A stretch of DNA of 63,697 bases, the filler included, from Lenisia limosa (Eukaryota; Protista; Breviatea): assembly GCA_001655205.1 (NCBI GenBank). It is 18 parts of 18 records of this genome, joined end to end, with 100 filler letters (N's around TTAATTAATTAA, not from the genome) between each part and the next. Parts side by side here need not be neighbours in the genome. Positions count along the whole stretch, not along the records: positions 21,961 to 25,451 come from LPNZ01007708.1; positions 25,552 to 29,969 come from LPNZ01006327.1; positions 30,070 to 33,995 come from LPNZ01004490.1; positions 34,096 to 35,191 come from LPNZ01004892.1; positions 35,292 to 37,460 come from LPNZ01006912.1; 13 more parts are not named here. The stretch is one strand, 5' to 3'. The translations under genes were made by a program, and so were the position numbers. The notes beneath the pieces are model-generated. The model saw only the letters and a list, made by a program, of their open reading frames with translations. It made no database searches and was not told where the DNA came from. The stretch's first letter is position 1. The number at the start of each line of letters is the position of its first letter. Of this stretch, positions 24,513-37,560 are shown piece by piece.

Positions 24513-26039
24513 ATATATATTATGTTGAAGGTTTCCAGAAGCTGCCTACATTGATGAATTTTCGTGTACAATACCATATTAAAACCTATTCTGTTACTAC
24601 CTGAGATATCATATAATATGATAAAGTATTAATCTAACATCACCCGATATTTGGCCCTTCCAAATCCTAGCTTTTCCCCTCCCAGAACATTGTTTTTTAT
24701 GGGTAAAACATGCGAAATTGTTGTTACATTGTAGGACAGCAGCAAAGCCTCCACGAAGGCCTTCAAAACCCCTTGCTGCCAAAAAATCAAATCAGGTTTG
24801 TGTTGGAGGAACACTTCACCTTGTTCTATAATTTCATAACTTCATCTTCTTCCGCTGTGTTACTGTTAACTATCCCAGACTAAAACTGCCCCGGCTCCGG
24901 CAGTTGAAGACCCCCCGAAGGATTCCGCAGAAGATGCCGGGGTACCCGTGAAACGCTCCCGGGGACGGCCGCGAAAGAATACGGAGATCGCCAAACCGTA
25001 AGAGGGGGGGGGGGNNNNNNNNNNNNNNNNNNNNNNNNNNNNNNNNNNNNNNNNNNNNNNNNNNNNNNNNNNNNNNNNNNNNNNNNNNNNNNNNNNNNNN
25101 NNNNNNNNNNNNNNNNNNNNNNNNNNNNNNNNNNNNNNNNNNNNNNNNNNNNNNNNNNNNNNNNNNNNNNNNNNNNNNNNNNNNNNNNNNNNNNNNNNNN
25201 NNNNNNNNNNNNTATCATATTCATAGAGATTCTCTTTAGCTTAGGGTGGTTTGGGATCATATTTTGAGATGATAGTGATGGTGGTTGTTGAGGAATACTA
25301 ATACAACTATTCTTCATTAATCACCTATTATTTTGCCAACAGTCCTGATAATATCCTAGTGAAACCACCCCCAAACGACCACGGGGGCGTCCCTCCAAGG
25401 CCCAGTCCACATCGTCCACATCGTATGCTGGCGTTTTTATGTATATGGCTTNNNNNNNNNNNNNNNNNNNNNNNNNNNNNNNNNNNNNNNNNNNNTTAAT
25501 TAATTAANNNNNNNNNNNNNNNNNNNNNNNNNNNNNNNNNNNNNNNNNNNNTTAACTTAATACAAAGATTTTCTTCGAGGTGTCACCAAGAGTTTCAAAC
25601 CTATCAAAAAATTGTTCCGTTTAAAACAGTATATGGTTTGAAGAATGACTTTTCCAGTATTCTAAAAACTATTTCAAATTATCTTGACATCGCCTTTATG
25701 GATAACAAAACAACAGAGAACCGAGTTTTTGTTTGAACCGGGGGTTGAAGGGGAAACATTTGCGTAAGCCAATTCCACCACTCCCAAAGTTTTTTCAAAA
25801 GAGAAATCTAGATCGAGTCGACATAAATGGAATAAGTTCAGTTCAGTTCAGTTCAGTTCAGTGATATTTTTGTGTGTTTTATTATCCCAAGAAATTTTCT
25901 TCTCTTATTTAACAGCCATTTTTAAATAAAACTGGGCAATTTTTGGGATATACTATATCGCAATTATGATAAAATAAACGAAAAAAAAAAAGTCTGATGT
26001 TCACGGTCAGGTTNNNNNNNNNNCATATTACTCTGTCCA

Positions 26040-27929
26040 CTCTTCATGCCCCAAACTACTGTCCACTCACATCATTAGGGGTAGGGGAAAACTTGGACGA
26101 AAATAGGTCTGAGAGTTCGTCCTGGGAGCGGTTTCGCGACTTGTCGATTTTCGCATTGAGAGGACTCAGGAGGGCCTAAAGTCATAAGCATACTTGTATT
26201 GAGAAAAATGAAATAACTGGGAGTAAAAAAATAAAACAATCATGTATGCTGATAGGGAATAATCACAAGTTTGCTCTTCTGACAAATGATCTATTGCATA
26301 CATGCGTTAAGTTAAGACATACAGTGACCGGGATAAGTATTGACTGATTTGCTCTATACTATTTCCCAAGGAAAATCGGTCAATACTTATCCCGGTCACT
26401 GTAATTCCACAATTCCGTTCAACAAACCTGAGATGTGACCTGACCCATATCAGAGTGACTTCGCACGAGGTCAGTCTATGACATAAGAAGCAAGTGGGCT
26501 TGTTCATATCAGTGGGATCCTTGAGGTCCTTCACTATTTTGAAAAACAGAAAGACAAAGGCAATGAATGTAGGAATGAGACACTGAAAGTTTATATTCAT
26601 TATACTCACTTGGGTAATGGGTACGTCAAGGTCATGCTGCGGGTATTCTTGTGCTCGCTATATATCGTCAAGAGAGAAACAATATGTTGAGTAGATTTCA
26701 TTGCATCCCATCGACAACTTCAGTATAGTGAAAAAACTCTAACATAATAAAAGCAACAAATATATCAGGACAAAATTGTCTTTTTAAGCACTCAAGTCTG
26801 GTCATTTTTTTACAAACCTGGGGGGTCGGGGATGAGAGTGGTAAGTGAGGGTTAAGCGTGGGAGGTGCCTGAAAGAATAAAACAGGTATGCATGACAGAG
26901 TCATATGTCAATAATAGGCTGTGATTTTGAGAATCAATTCAACATATTGCCCAGTTCAATACAACTGGACTTAATTTCTACGAGAGCAGTAAAGTGAGTA
27001 GTCAACATGGACGTCCACATGGTTCTGCTAGCCTACCATAGACTGGGCATTTCGGGCATCTGGTGTTGCATTGGCATTTGACAGGTTATGGGCCTAACCC
27101 GTGAGTGATAGCATGGTGTGAAATGGCACAGTGAGAAGTTATCAAGTGTTATTGTTAGGGCTTCACTTTAGTTCGAAAAAAGACTGAGCTTCTCGATAAA
27201 TCTTACCGGTATTATTCGAACCGGAGTGAAGCTCCAGTTATTGTTGATACGATATTATTAGGTCATTCAAATTGAGCACTGTAACTCAACATACATGGGC
27301 GGGCTTATGGGAAGAGGTCTGTCCTAGAAAGTCCAGAGGGGTTGCTGCGGATTGGCCACTCTAAAGAGAATAAAAATCCGTCATTATATCATAAATTTTT
27401 TCCAAATGAAACCATGCACATACTTATCCCAGTATGTTATAAAATCTCTATTTATCTCGAAAGAATCCCATGAAAAGCCAACCTGAGTTGATGCGGCCGG
27501 AGAAGGGCTGGGGGTGGGTTCTTGGCCTTGGTAAAAGAAAAACTTCGGCCTCACCCGTCTATGAAGTTACAACGTAAGGGACTAGTAAAGAAGGCTTCAC
27601 TTCGGTTCAGTCAAATAGCGATAGGTTTCGAGGATTTATCGAGAAATTCAGTATTTTCCGAACCGAAGTGAAGCCCTAGGTACTAGTATGATCCAAAGAT
27701 GACGCTCACGCCTGTTGAGAGATTTTAACAATATATGTACAGTGAACAAGGAAAGTCTTGACTGATTTGCTATGGGCCCATAGCAAATCAGTCAACACTT
27801 ATCCGGTCACTGTATGTATATCCTACACCGGACCCACAGACCTGTCTTTCTCTCTTTGTTGCTTCTGGTGGAGCACTTTCTGCTGCAGTAGCGCTGACAC
27901 TGCGTCCTCTTCCGCTGATGCTCGCATGC
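26040..27929 (-). CDS. Multi-exon gene of unknown function (low-complexity exons)
   Basis: GT-AG bounded open exons, e.g. MRASAEEDAVSALLQQKVLHQKQQREKD, RVRPKFFFYQGQEPTPSPSPAASTQ, ALLSPLNAKIDKSRNRSQDELSDLFSSK; frame joins not fully resolved. Confidence 0.35.
26322..26401. mobile_element. TA-flanked Tc1/pogo-like MITE (family B), best copy
   Basis: 80 bp; 29-bp TIR CAGTGACCGGGATAAGTATTGAC(T/C)GATTT with one mismatch; TA on both sides. Confidence 0.9.
27156..27236. mobile_element. hAT-like MITE (family A) with a perfect 8-bp TSD
   Basis: GTTATTGT at 27148-27155 and 27237-27244 flanks TAGGGCTTCAC...GTGAAGCTCCA. Confidence 0.9.
27591..27678. mobile_element. hAT-like MITE (family A)
   Basis: GGCTTCACTTCGGTTC...GAACCGAAGTGAAGCCCTA. 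Confidence 0.8.
27740..27812. mobile_element. TA-flanked MITE (family B)
   Basis: TA-CAGTGAAC...TTGACTGATTTGCTATG/CATAGCAAATCAGTCAA...GGTCACTG-TA. Confidence 0.8.
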
Positions 27930-28035
27930 CTGGTGGGGAGTAAAATTGGAAACAATTATGAAACAAAAAAAGCCCATAATCAAATCTGTCGGCTGACACC
28001 ACAAGAGGGTTGATAACAACAAAACAAAGCCCAAG
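27930..28035 (-). mobile_element. Family C 3' portion ending at an acceptor
   Basis: ...TTGGGCTTTGTTTTGTTGTTATCAACCC...TTTCATAATTGTTTCCAATTTTACTCCCCACCAG|exon. Confidence 0.75.
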
Positions 28036-29407
28036 TGATTTGCATCACGCGGGATTTAAAGAAACAGAAACTTCAATGCAACAGTCGGTATAATTATGAA
28101 ACATAAAATAATGAAGATTCATCGTAGAGTAGGGCAAGAAGGAAGGTGCAATCACGATTCACGTGGCATTCTATAAGATGATGTATGAAGCAAAAATGAT
28201 CATATTGCGGGAAGTCACTTCAAAAATGGCCGATACAATTTGACAATTGCTATATTATAAATAATAGCGTAATTTTAGCAAGAATAGCATCAGGAAAGAC
28301 ACGCAGCAAGGCTTACTTTCAAGGCCCGCTTGCTCAGCCAGCTAGATGGATCTCTGTCAGTAACGCCACGATGTCGGCTGTTCCTGCTTGATTCTGTGTA
28401 TTTATTTTAATACCTTAGTTATATTCAATCCAGTTAAAAGAAAGCATATAGGGATATAGGGAGGGAAAAGCGCTTAAATACCTCTCCGGCTGCGGAAATT
28501 TGCAACAACCCACACCTTTTATATATAGTGGCGGGGGTTGAACTAAACCTCTAACAATGAAAAACGCACATTGAGAGAAGAAGAGAAAATGAGGAGATTT
28601 ATAAAAAAGAAAAATAAAAGAACAGGATAGAAGGAGAAGCCTTCCCTCATTGGTTATTCCTCAGACTCCTTCACCCACTTAGGCCACACTGTTCACTGAC
28701 AAGTATACGATATCATTTATCCCAACATTGCCAAGAGCCAAGGCTACTCATTTGTGAGTAGTTTCCTTCCAGGTGAGCCTCTCTGGGATCGGGTCACTTT
28801 CTGGGTTGACCAATACTGCATAATTACAATGTTGTGGAGAGAAGAATTAGATGGAATCAGATTTTTAAAGGTTGCTGAATATTATCTTGTCAACCAGCAG
28901 TTCTTTCCATTTATTGTTTCAGCATGATCAACCTGTCAGTGACGTCATCAACGCCAACCCCTACGTCGTCAGGTTCCAAGAAGTACAACAAGTCAAACAG
29001 GTCCGTGCCTTTCATCAACAAAGGTAAATAGCGAACAGTGATGTTGCTGATGGTATGCTGTGCGTCCGGCTATAACTTGTGGTATGGTCACACAAGTCGA
29101 AATGATGAGCTAAGATAACACGAGGTTCACTCCGGGTGTATCAGAGTATCATTGAGGCTTGTTGGTCAATTATCAGGGGAAGATGGGTATCCAGAGGTCC
29201 CGCCTCATATTTATCCAAAACCACTTTTCCCCGTCTCATTTCTGAGAAAAAGTACTCTGCAACGGATTTCCATGTTATAGTACCGTAAACTAATTTTGAT
29301 TTCATGAAGTCTCAGTTTGGATAGGAAGGGACTTCAGTGTTGTTTCATTCAATTATAATTCATTTCATGCTGATAATGGCTCTAAATTTCAATATAAGGA
29401 AGCGCCA

Positions 29408-29543
29408 CACTACGTCGCATTGCTTGGGTTTCTCGTGAAAACGTTGGAATTCCCTTTTTTTACATGGAATTTTATGGAAATTTGAAGAAATTTATGGGAT
29501 TCCCAAATAATATAAGGGAATCCCAAGTCGATTCGCCGTAGTG
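29408..29543. mobile_element. CACTA-like miniature element (family D), best copy
   Basis: CACTACGTCGCATTGCTTGGG...CCCAAGTCGATTCGCCGTAGTG; flanked by CA/CA (possible 2-bp TSD). Confidence 0.7.
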
Positions 29544-31131
29544 CATGGACATCCCACGTCACATTTACTGGAACACAAATTACATACAACAAATAGCGAA
29601 ACCTAATATACAAATAAACAAAAGAGAGAAAAAAAAACCCCCCAAAAAAACCTACTATAAATAATCACAGAAGCTCTAATGACGACTAAGAGGGTCATAA
29701 CAGGAAGTAAAATGGGCTTCAAGGTCAAGGAAAAACAAAAAACAAAAAACAAAATTCTCCAGAAACCACAAACTTTTAGTTACAGTGAATGGATTGATCT
29801 TGTAGTGTCACGGAGACAGTGCCCGAAGTTAAACAGAAAAACAGGCATTATCCTCATCGGAATAGTCTTTCTCTGCGTTGTGAGTTGGGCTCTTTTTACT
29901 GCTGAACGCAATATCTTAGATAATAGTGGCGTTTGGAAGCAACGCCAAATACCGTGGAGGATTTATTGCNNNNNNNNNNNNNNNNNNNNNNNNNNNNNNN
30001 NNNNNNNNNNNNNTTAATTAATTAANNNNNNNNNNNNNNNNNNNNNNNNNNNNNNNNNNNNNNNNNNNNTTCCTTCGTTTTACTCCCCCCCCCCCTCACG
30101 CCATCAGGGTATAAAGTACCATCGCCGTCAAAGGTAACCAGTTTGAGGTGCGGAAGGGAGGATCGGATCTACAGTTCGTGACATATGGGGCAAATAAAAA
30201 AAGGATATCATATCTAACACAAAATGTAAATTTTGAGAGTAACACTTGATATATGATAAAAAATTCCAAATATTAACACAAAATACTAAAACCTGGCAAT
30301 GCCCAAAGATGAAGATCAATATTGTAGAAAAATGTACTTGTGAAGTGAGCTGATACATGTGTCTGTTTGACCTGACCCCCCACCTGTGCAATTGCCAAAA
30401 GTTGGATCACAAGTCTTTCTGTTGGTCTATGATGGCTACAACGTGACTCATTGCATATGGTGATATATAGTGAGAATAAGTGATTAAGATTACACAAAAT
30501 ATACCTGGTAGAATTATGTTACACAGTACATAAAACATCACAAACATTCTATTGAGAAAATTGAAGGTTTTATCAAGCTCCACTGCTGCCTCTGGTAGGT
30601 CTAGGTGTGTGTGCAGTGCCCCAGTAAGGTCGATTTCTAGGAAAGGCTTGTGAGTTATCGTTTTCACATTTCATAAAAAGGCTAACAAGCAGAAAGAATA
30701 CAATGCTCACCACTTCTGTTACTGGTAATCATGGTTTGAATGCGCTGTAGCGCCTCTATTATCCTCTCCCCTGGTTCACTACACTCATTCTTAATCAGTG
30801 AAACCAGATTATCATCTGTAAATGCGGCTAAGGAACCCCCCATCGTGATAAATCCAAAAACGCCAAAAACGAAAATTTGACAGATAAAAACACGTGACGT
30901 CATGATGTCAGCAAGTTGCTATTATAGCTTTTATGTTAGCAAACAAAACAATTCCTATCAGCGATGTAGTATTGGTGAGGAATTGGTTAGTAGTATTGTA
31001 GTAGTAGGCAATGTTTACTGAGATTTGCCAACGATTTGAATGCGTTGTATGACAAGAATTACCCAAGAATCCTAGAAAAACCGATAAGTAGTATTGACAT
31101 GCTTCATCTTCAAGCTTTATCAAGTACAGAG

Positions 31132-32182
31132 TTACTCGCAGAGAGCGACAGCGTCAATCTCAACAAGAGCACCCTTAGGGAGAGAGCGGACAGCAAAGCA
31201 GGCACGAGCGGGGGGAGCGGTGGTGCCCATGTCTACAAAAATGACTTTGCTGTGTAGGTAGCATGCGATAGGAGCATTTGCAAACTGTTAAGTTATCGCA
31301 GATTGAGAGCTTTGTTTCAAATAGACATGGTTGTATGTTTTATATTCTAATCCCCTCCTACACTTCTCGTAGACGGCGTTGACCTTGGCAAAATCGGCCT
31401 AAACGAAATGAGGAAAGAAAACATTACAATGAGATTACGAAAGGAGTATGCTCATATGATAAGGTAACCAATAAATCGGTTTTCTTCCATGAAAAAAAAA
31501 AACCCCATCAACACAGAGAGTGGAATATCACTTGAAAAAATTCCACTGCAATAGTCGATATAAAAAGAAAAAGTGATTTATGAGAGACTTTACTGCAGTG
31601 TTTATTTTTCGTACTGAGAAATTTCATGTCATCCCCTTGTTACATATCATCAACCTTTTCTTAAATCTAATCATTTCAAACTGTTCTCCTCAAACCATAT
31701 CGACGAGGAGAACGGTAGTCTTAAGAACCTTGTCGAAAGAAGAGTCACCAGCCTTGAGGACAGCAGCCATGTTCTTCAGGCACTACACAGTCAGAAACGT
31801 CCATGCTTTGTTGGCTTTATCTATTGACCCATACCTGCTCAGCCTGGCCTTCAACGTTGTCAGAGTTGAACTCCATGGACTAATGGAATAAGAAAAAGAT
31901 AAGTCAATAAGGGGAAAGATGAAGGGACAAACCTTAGGCTCAAGACCAATGCATCCGGAGACATAGAGGGTGTTACCAGCCTTAATTCCCTGGCTATAGT
32001 GTGAAGAAAGCCAAAGCAGTGCATGCACAATAAAAGGAAAGTTCCAGAATAACCAACCTGTAGGGTCCAACAGCAGCGGGGGCATCGGGAGTAGCAACAA
32101 TAACACGAGACATATTTCTGAACAATGAGGTAAGGGACGGTTTTAACAAAGACGGGAAGATTGCCTTTGAAGCTGACAACAT
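31132..32182 (-). CDS. ridA: RidA/YjgF/UK114 reactive-imine deaminase, complete 6-exon gene with a possible N-terminal targeting peptide
   Basis: MSRVIVATPDAPAAVGPYS|QGIKAGNTLYVSGCIGLEPK|..EGQAEQ|CLKNMAAVLKAGDSSFDKVLKTTVLLVDM|ADFAKVNAVYEK|Y..PARACFAVRSLPKGALVEIDAVALCE* (TAA 31132-31134). ATG at 32113, with an upstream in-frame ATG at 32182. Confidence 0.95.
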
Positions 32183-32709
32183 CAACAGACGGCGACTTAA
32201 GAAGTCAAATAAACACAGTAAATGAACAAATTGAACACATCAACACACCTTTTGGACGAGATAAGTGAGTTTTTTAAAATAAATTTTCATTTTTATATCA
32301 TTACGTATACGCCTCGCGTTTGCATATAAAATTCAAAAATTGTCAAAAAGAAACCTCTTTTTTGCTGTTTATTTGAAGGCTCTATATTTGAAGATACAAG
32401 GACACCATTTATTGAAAGACTGACAGTCGTGCTCACGAGAAAAGAGATTTTTCTAGGAAGTTTTCCAAGTAATAGTGAGGCCTGAGGGCTAAAATACTTA
32501 AATAAGTGTTGAATAGAATCGTTAAGCAGGCATAGGCAGTAGAATGCCGCCTCATTTTAACCCTCAAGGTTGGTTGGGTCATTTTCAATTGCACCTGGTG
32601 CCTTATTTACAATAGTGTTGCATTATTGAAAACATTTTTTGGTTTACGCAGGTGAATTAGCTTCATCTCTTTTCTTTTGAAGCAGTTTTGCGCAGTTCTC
32701 ACCCCCCTT

Positions 32710-33099
32710 AGCCCCAATGATGGTTCCTGGGATGAGAGGAATGATGCCCAGAGCCGGAATGCCGAATCCCCAAATGCCTATGGGAATGCCTCCAATGGGT
32801 GGCATGATGCCTTTCAATGGAGTCATCCCTCCTCCTGCCCGTAAGCGTTCCTTACAATAACGCCGCGCCCTTGTGTTGAACATGTTTATAAACTGCAATT
32901 CCGTTTTCTTGCTGTCCATCATTTTGTCACGAACGGTTTTCACAACCTAGGTCCTAGTGGTACCCTTCCTCCTAACAGCTTCCCCTCCCCCCTTCCTGGT
33001 AGGCTGTCGTAATAACAACGCTTCTTTCTTGTCCCTCTTATTAACGCAGGAACTATTGGCGCCAAGCCCCCTGTAACTCCCATCGGCGTCACCCCCACC
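32710..33099 (+). CDS. Pro/Met/Gly-rich exons of an unidentified gene (resemble snRNP or RNA-binding protein tails)
   Basis: APMMVPGMRGMMPRAGMPNPQMPMGMPPMGGMMPF...|GPSGTLPPNSFPSPLP|GTIGAKPPVTPIGVTPT| with GT-AG ends. Confidence 0.5.
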
Positions 33100-33282
33100 G
33101 TACGCTGGAGTGATGGGATGCGGTGCTGCAGAAGCGNNNNNNNNNNNNNNNNNNNNNNNNNNNNNNNNNNNNNNNNNNNNNNNNNNNNNNNNNNNNNNNN
33201 NNNNNNNNNNNNNNNNNNNNNNNNNNNNNNNNNNNNNNNNNNCCAATTTTACTCCCAACGTGAGCGGTTTGTTTCATCACAG
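33100..33282 (+). mobile_element. Family C copy starting exactly at a phase-0 donor
   Basis: ACC|GTACGCTGGAGTGATGGGATGCGGTGCTGCAGAAGCG-gap-CCAATTTTACTCCC. Confidence 0.75.
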
Positions 33283-34204
33283 TTATCGTGGCTTTTCTCG
33301 TGTCCCTGTTTTTGTCTTGATTTCCACCTCCGTGGCTTCTTCTTCTTTTGCTTTTTCTTCACTTGGATCTTTATTATTGTACATTTTTGTATTCCTCAAA
33401 CCTTTTCAGCAGATGATGTGGACGTAAACGGATACTTCTACCTATTTCATTGTTTTTCTCTTTCTCGCACATACACACCTTTTGACCCCTTCAGAGCGCT
33501 GCAATCGATCCCTCCTTAAACAGCGTGTTTGTTGGAAAAATTCCTTCGGATGTTGATGACAAATTCATGGAATCCGTGTTGAAGGTGCGTTGCCCAATGT
33601 TGAATAATGTTAATGTTCCTTATAAATGTGATTAAGTGACCTCTTTGATCTTCCTACTACCCTCTTATTTCTTAATAGCCAGTACAGTGTTGTAAATTGA
33701 CGCGGCACTATGAAACCAAGAAAATATACATAATTTATACAATCTTAAGTTACAGGGTACAGGGGATTCTCTTTTGACTTTGTAGAAATGCGGTACTATC
33801 AACTCCTGGAAGCGTGCCATCAACAGCACGGATAACACCCCCAAGGTTTGCCATAATATCACGTGTTAATCCGATCATTTCTCTCACTTATAAGCGTCAT
33901 TTTAAAATATCATATCCCTTTTTGAGGCATTTTTACACGTGTTTTTTTATCATTCAGAGTTGATTTTGGGCTTTTTTTTCTTGTTTCATAAATATNNNNN
34001 NNNNNNNNNNNNNNNNNNNNNNNNNNNNNNNNNNNNNNNTTAATTAATTAANNNNNNNNNNNNNNNNNNNNNNNNNNNNNNNNNNNNNNNNNNNNTTTAT
34101 ACCTCTTACTGAAGGAGGTAGATAAAAGTTAGTTAAAATTGTACCGTTGATTACAATTTGTACCTATTTTTAAAATGCAGTAATATCAATCGCCTGAGAC
34201 TGAA

Positions 34205-35191
34205 CCAATAACCCCTCTCACCGAGACAGAATCGGGGGTGCGGGTGGTTAGTTCCAAAGAAAGCACGTCATTGGTCTGGTGCTCGATGTTGTGGTCCATC
34301 GTATATGCAGCTAAGAACCTAGGCGAAAGTGAGGAATTGTTCAATGAGAAAGAATGACCGTTATTTGAAAGTGCTATTCTAAAAAATATGTATCAAGAAT
34401 TCTTCAAGTCTTGAAACAAAGTGAAGGTCTTGCAAATTGTATGTAGGTGTTCACGACACTATTAAAATAATACAATAATAAAATAATAATAAACATAATA
34501 GAATAAAATAATAAAAAAAATAACAAAAATAAAACCTCACCCACAAGCATTAAAATCTACTCCCACCCCCATTCAATTCACGACACTCCCCCAGTAAATG
34601 TCTATCACCCCCTCCCCACTTTTTCGGGTGCCTGAGACAGGAGAGCCACAAAGGGGATGGCCGTCCAGAGGTCAACCATTCCTGTCAAGTTAATATCAAT
34701 ATAAAATATTCCTATCAGGTTCATTTCTTCTGGTTAATAACAATATCCTGTAATGTCAACGTCAATTGTGAATAGGTAATACATATAGTATATCTTATAG
34801 TATGCTCACGCCAAACCTACCCTTATTACACCAACGCGCGTGGTTACATCTTGTGTCCAAGTAGATAACCGGCGATCCATCCACGTCATTTCCGCCCACG
34901 GCAGCGGCACCACTCCCCGGGTGAGCTCGGAAAACAGCATCATGTCTCCGGGGGCCACCCCTGACATCGGGCCGAGTTTGAGCGTGGTTGTGAGTCGGTG
35001 ACAGTCCTGCCGGATGGCAGAAATGTTGTCTCGGAGTTCCAGCGCCTCACGAATCAGCACGCGTTTTTGGCACGTGACAGGCGCGTCGTCGTCTTTGATC
35101 CCATCCATCCATGCCATATTAGGCAAGTTGGCGGAAATGCCTCTGAGGAGCTTGTCCATTCCCCGCGGGCCTCCTGACGCCTCCTTCGGCG
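34205..35191 (-). CDS. Dynein heavy chain C-terminal domain, divergent (partial, 3 exons)
   Basis: KRVLIREALELRDNISAIRQDCHRLTTTLKLG...LFSELTRGVVPLPW...RRLSTWTQDVTTRVG|EWLTSGRPSPLWLSCLRHP|KFLAAY aligns by eye with the Dynein_C pattern VL.QE...I...L..L...L.G / VP..W / L..W..DL..R / W...G.P..FWL.G...P..FL.A. Confidence 0.65.
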
Positions 35192-35878
35192 NNNNNNNNN
35201 NNNNNNNNNNNNNNNNNNNNNNNNNNNNNNNNNNNTTAATTAATTAANNNNNNNNNNNNNNNNNNNNNNNNNNNNNNNNNNNNNNNNNNNNAGTAAAATA
35301 TTAATTCACATAATCATTTGCTTTACAACTGAGCACACGGCTTCCTGTGTGCCTCCCCAATGGCTTTCATAGTTAACACATCAGCTGCATTTCTCCATTC
35401 TGTCCAATCTTCCTTCACCCTACTCCTCCCCCAACCATTCTCCCTCCCTTCCCACTCATCAACTACATAATTGGACTTCCTTATGGAACCATCGAAATAA
35501 ATGTGTCTGTGATTTGATGGAATTTAGTAATGAATTGCACATATTTCCATATGATAAGAATAAAATGAAATGAAATGAAATTCGTTGTGTTTAAGGCTTC
35601 CGTACGGTACCAAAAAAAGCCCGAATCTATTGATAAATCCTTGGTTTGCTCCATTTTAGGAAATATTATGCCATATCATTAACACCTCCTCCCCCCCCCC
35701 CCGTNNNNNNNNNNNNNNNNNNNNNNNNNNNNNNNNNNNNNNNNNNNNNTAGGGTTAAAACAAAGGAAATTTCGATGAAGAAACAAACAAATTTCAATCA
35801 AGAAACAAAGAAAATTTCAATGTAGAATAATGGCGTAAAAGGGAGGTGGCGGGTAAGTGATTTTTTTGCAGTAAATTG

Positions 35879-36100
35879 AAACTAGGATCATAAAGAGTAA
35901 AGTCTCAATTAACACTAGGATCATAAAGAGTAAAGTCTCAATTAAAACTAGGATCATAAAGAGTAAAGTCTCAATTAAAACTAGGATCATAAAGAGTAAA
36001 GTCTCAATTAAAACTAGGATCATAAAGAGTAAAGTCTCTATTAAAACTAAGATCATAAAGAGTAAAGTCCCTATGAAAACTAGGACCATAAAGAGTAAAG
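35879..36100. repeat. 33-bp minisatellite, about 6.7 copies
   Basis: Unit AAACTAGGATCATAAAGAGTAAAGTCTCAATTA, contiguous, no spacers. Confidence 0.9.
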
Positions 36101-37362
36101 CTAGGGTCTCTATTATTACAAGGCATAAGTTCGGCAGTTGAAGTGTACACAAAGAAAATACCCATAGACAACGACAGGGAAGACCTTGGAGAAGAGCGAG
36201 ATACCCTTTTGACAAAATGTAACCATCGCTTTCTCTAAATTGAATCCCATCCCCCCAACCTTTTCCACGAGCGAGTCTAACACCTTGGAGAACAGAGAGG
36301 TGTCAAGCATCGGTGCCACAAGAGACAAGCCGCTGACCGCTCTGTGTATTGTAAGTTGCGATTCCCTACGGTTAAATAATGAATTTCCTGAAAAATTCTA
36401 GATAAATATCGATATTGTGACGGTCATTTTCGGACCAAAGTTTAGCCCTAATTGTGAGTTTATGTGATTTCCTAGATTGTATTTAGTGTCTACGACTCTG
36501 GCAGCAAAGGCAAAAGTATCGTAAGTAGTCTTTACTGTATTAATACTATTTTTACTTCCAAAAACAGATGTATAGTAAAAGATCTAATGTTATCCTATTT
36601 CATTTGAAAATGTTTCTAATCCTCATGCTCCAAAAAAATACCCAACTAGCACCCCGTGCAATTAATTATTTGAAGAAATAAATTCATAAAATTGGAAATT
36701 TAAGTGTCTGAAAAGGTTCAAGTTTTAACATCAAAATTCAACATTAATTTTTCAAGTAACTGCACGAAGAAGTCCTAACATACCGTTTCGATAAAATGGT
36801 TCTGGTGCTTCCGAGACAGCTAATAAAGGCCCAAACAACTTGGTCCAAAATTGTCACTGAAAGACGTCAATACTGTAGTGATACATCCATGAATTTCAAC
36901 CATAATCACATGTTTATTAATTTCCCTTAATTTCAACCACAATGCTTGTGAATGTCATTTTTTTACTACATTAAAATGCAATGTTACACCCCCCCAAAAC
37001 ACACCGCACCCCCTACCAGCGCTATGGGCTTGCTCAATGATGGAGTTACAAACGTCCATAATTTCACAGAGAAGCATGGCTTGGGACTACGAAAAATGAG
37101 AAATAAATATTGCGTCATATTAATTTACCAAAGTAGTGACAAAAAAATCCAAAGAGTGGCTTCGGTCTAAAAATAAAGAAATATAATAAATTGAGAGATG
37201 TGAAAGAAGTTATACTTTAAACAGAGAGAGAGAAAAGTCATAATTGAAACAGTGTCCTAAATACTGAAACATCCCCCCACCCTCCACATACACACAAATT
37301 GATATCCTAGCTTTTCATCCACCTATCTCAAACCCTACCCCTCCCCCACCGTGTATAATTAT

Positions 37363-37452
37363 TAGGGCTTCCCTATGGTCACAAAAAAAGACTGAATTTC
37401 TCAAAAAATTTCGATATTTTACCGGTTTTTTTCGGACCGTAGGGAAGCTCTC
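37363..37452. mobile_element. hAT-like MITE (family A) with a 7/8 TSD
   Basis: ATAATTAT / ATAATCAT flank TAGGGCTTCCCTATGGTC...GGACCGTAGGGAAGCTCTC. Confidence 0.85.
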
Positions 37453-37560
37453 ATAATCATNNNNNNNNNNNNNNNNNNNNNNNNNNNNNNNNNNNNNNNN
37501 NNNNTTAATTAATTAANNNNNNNNNNNNNNNNNNNNNNNNNNNNNNNNNNNNNNNNNNNN

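Noticed and set aside
35817-36215. 132-aa ORF with ETLLFMILVLI repeats as a membrane protein
   Set aside because: It is simply a translation of the 33-bp minisatellite, with no splice or homology support.
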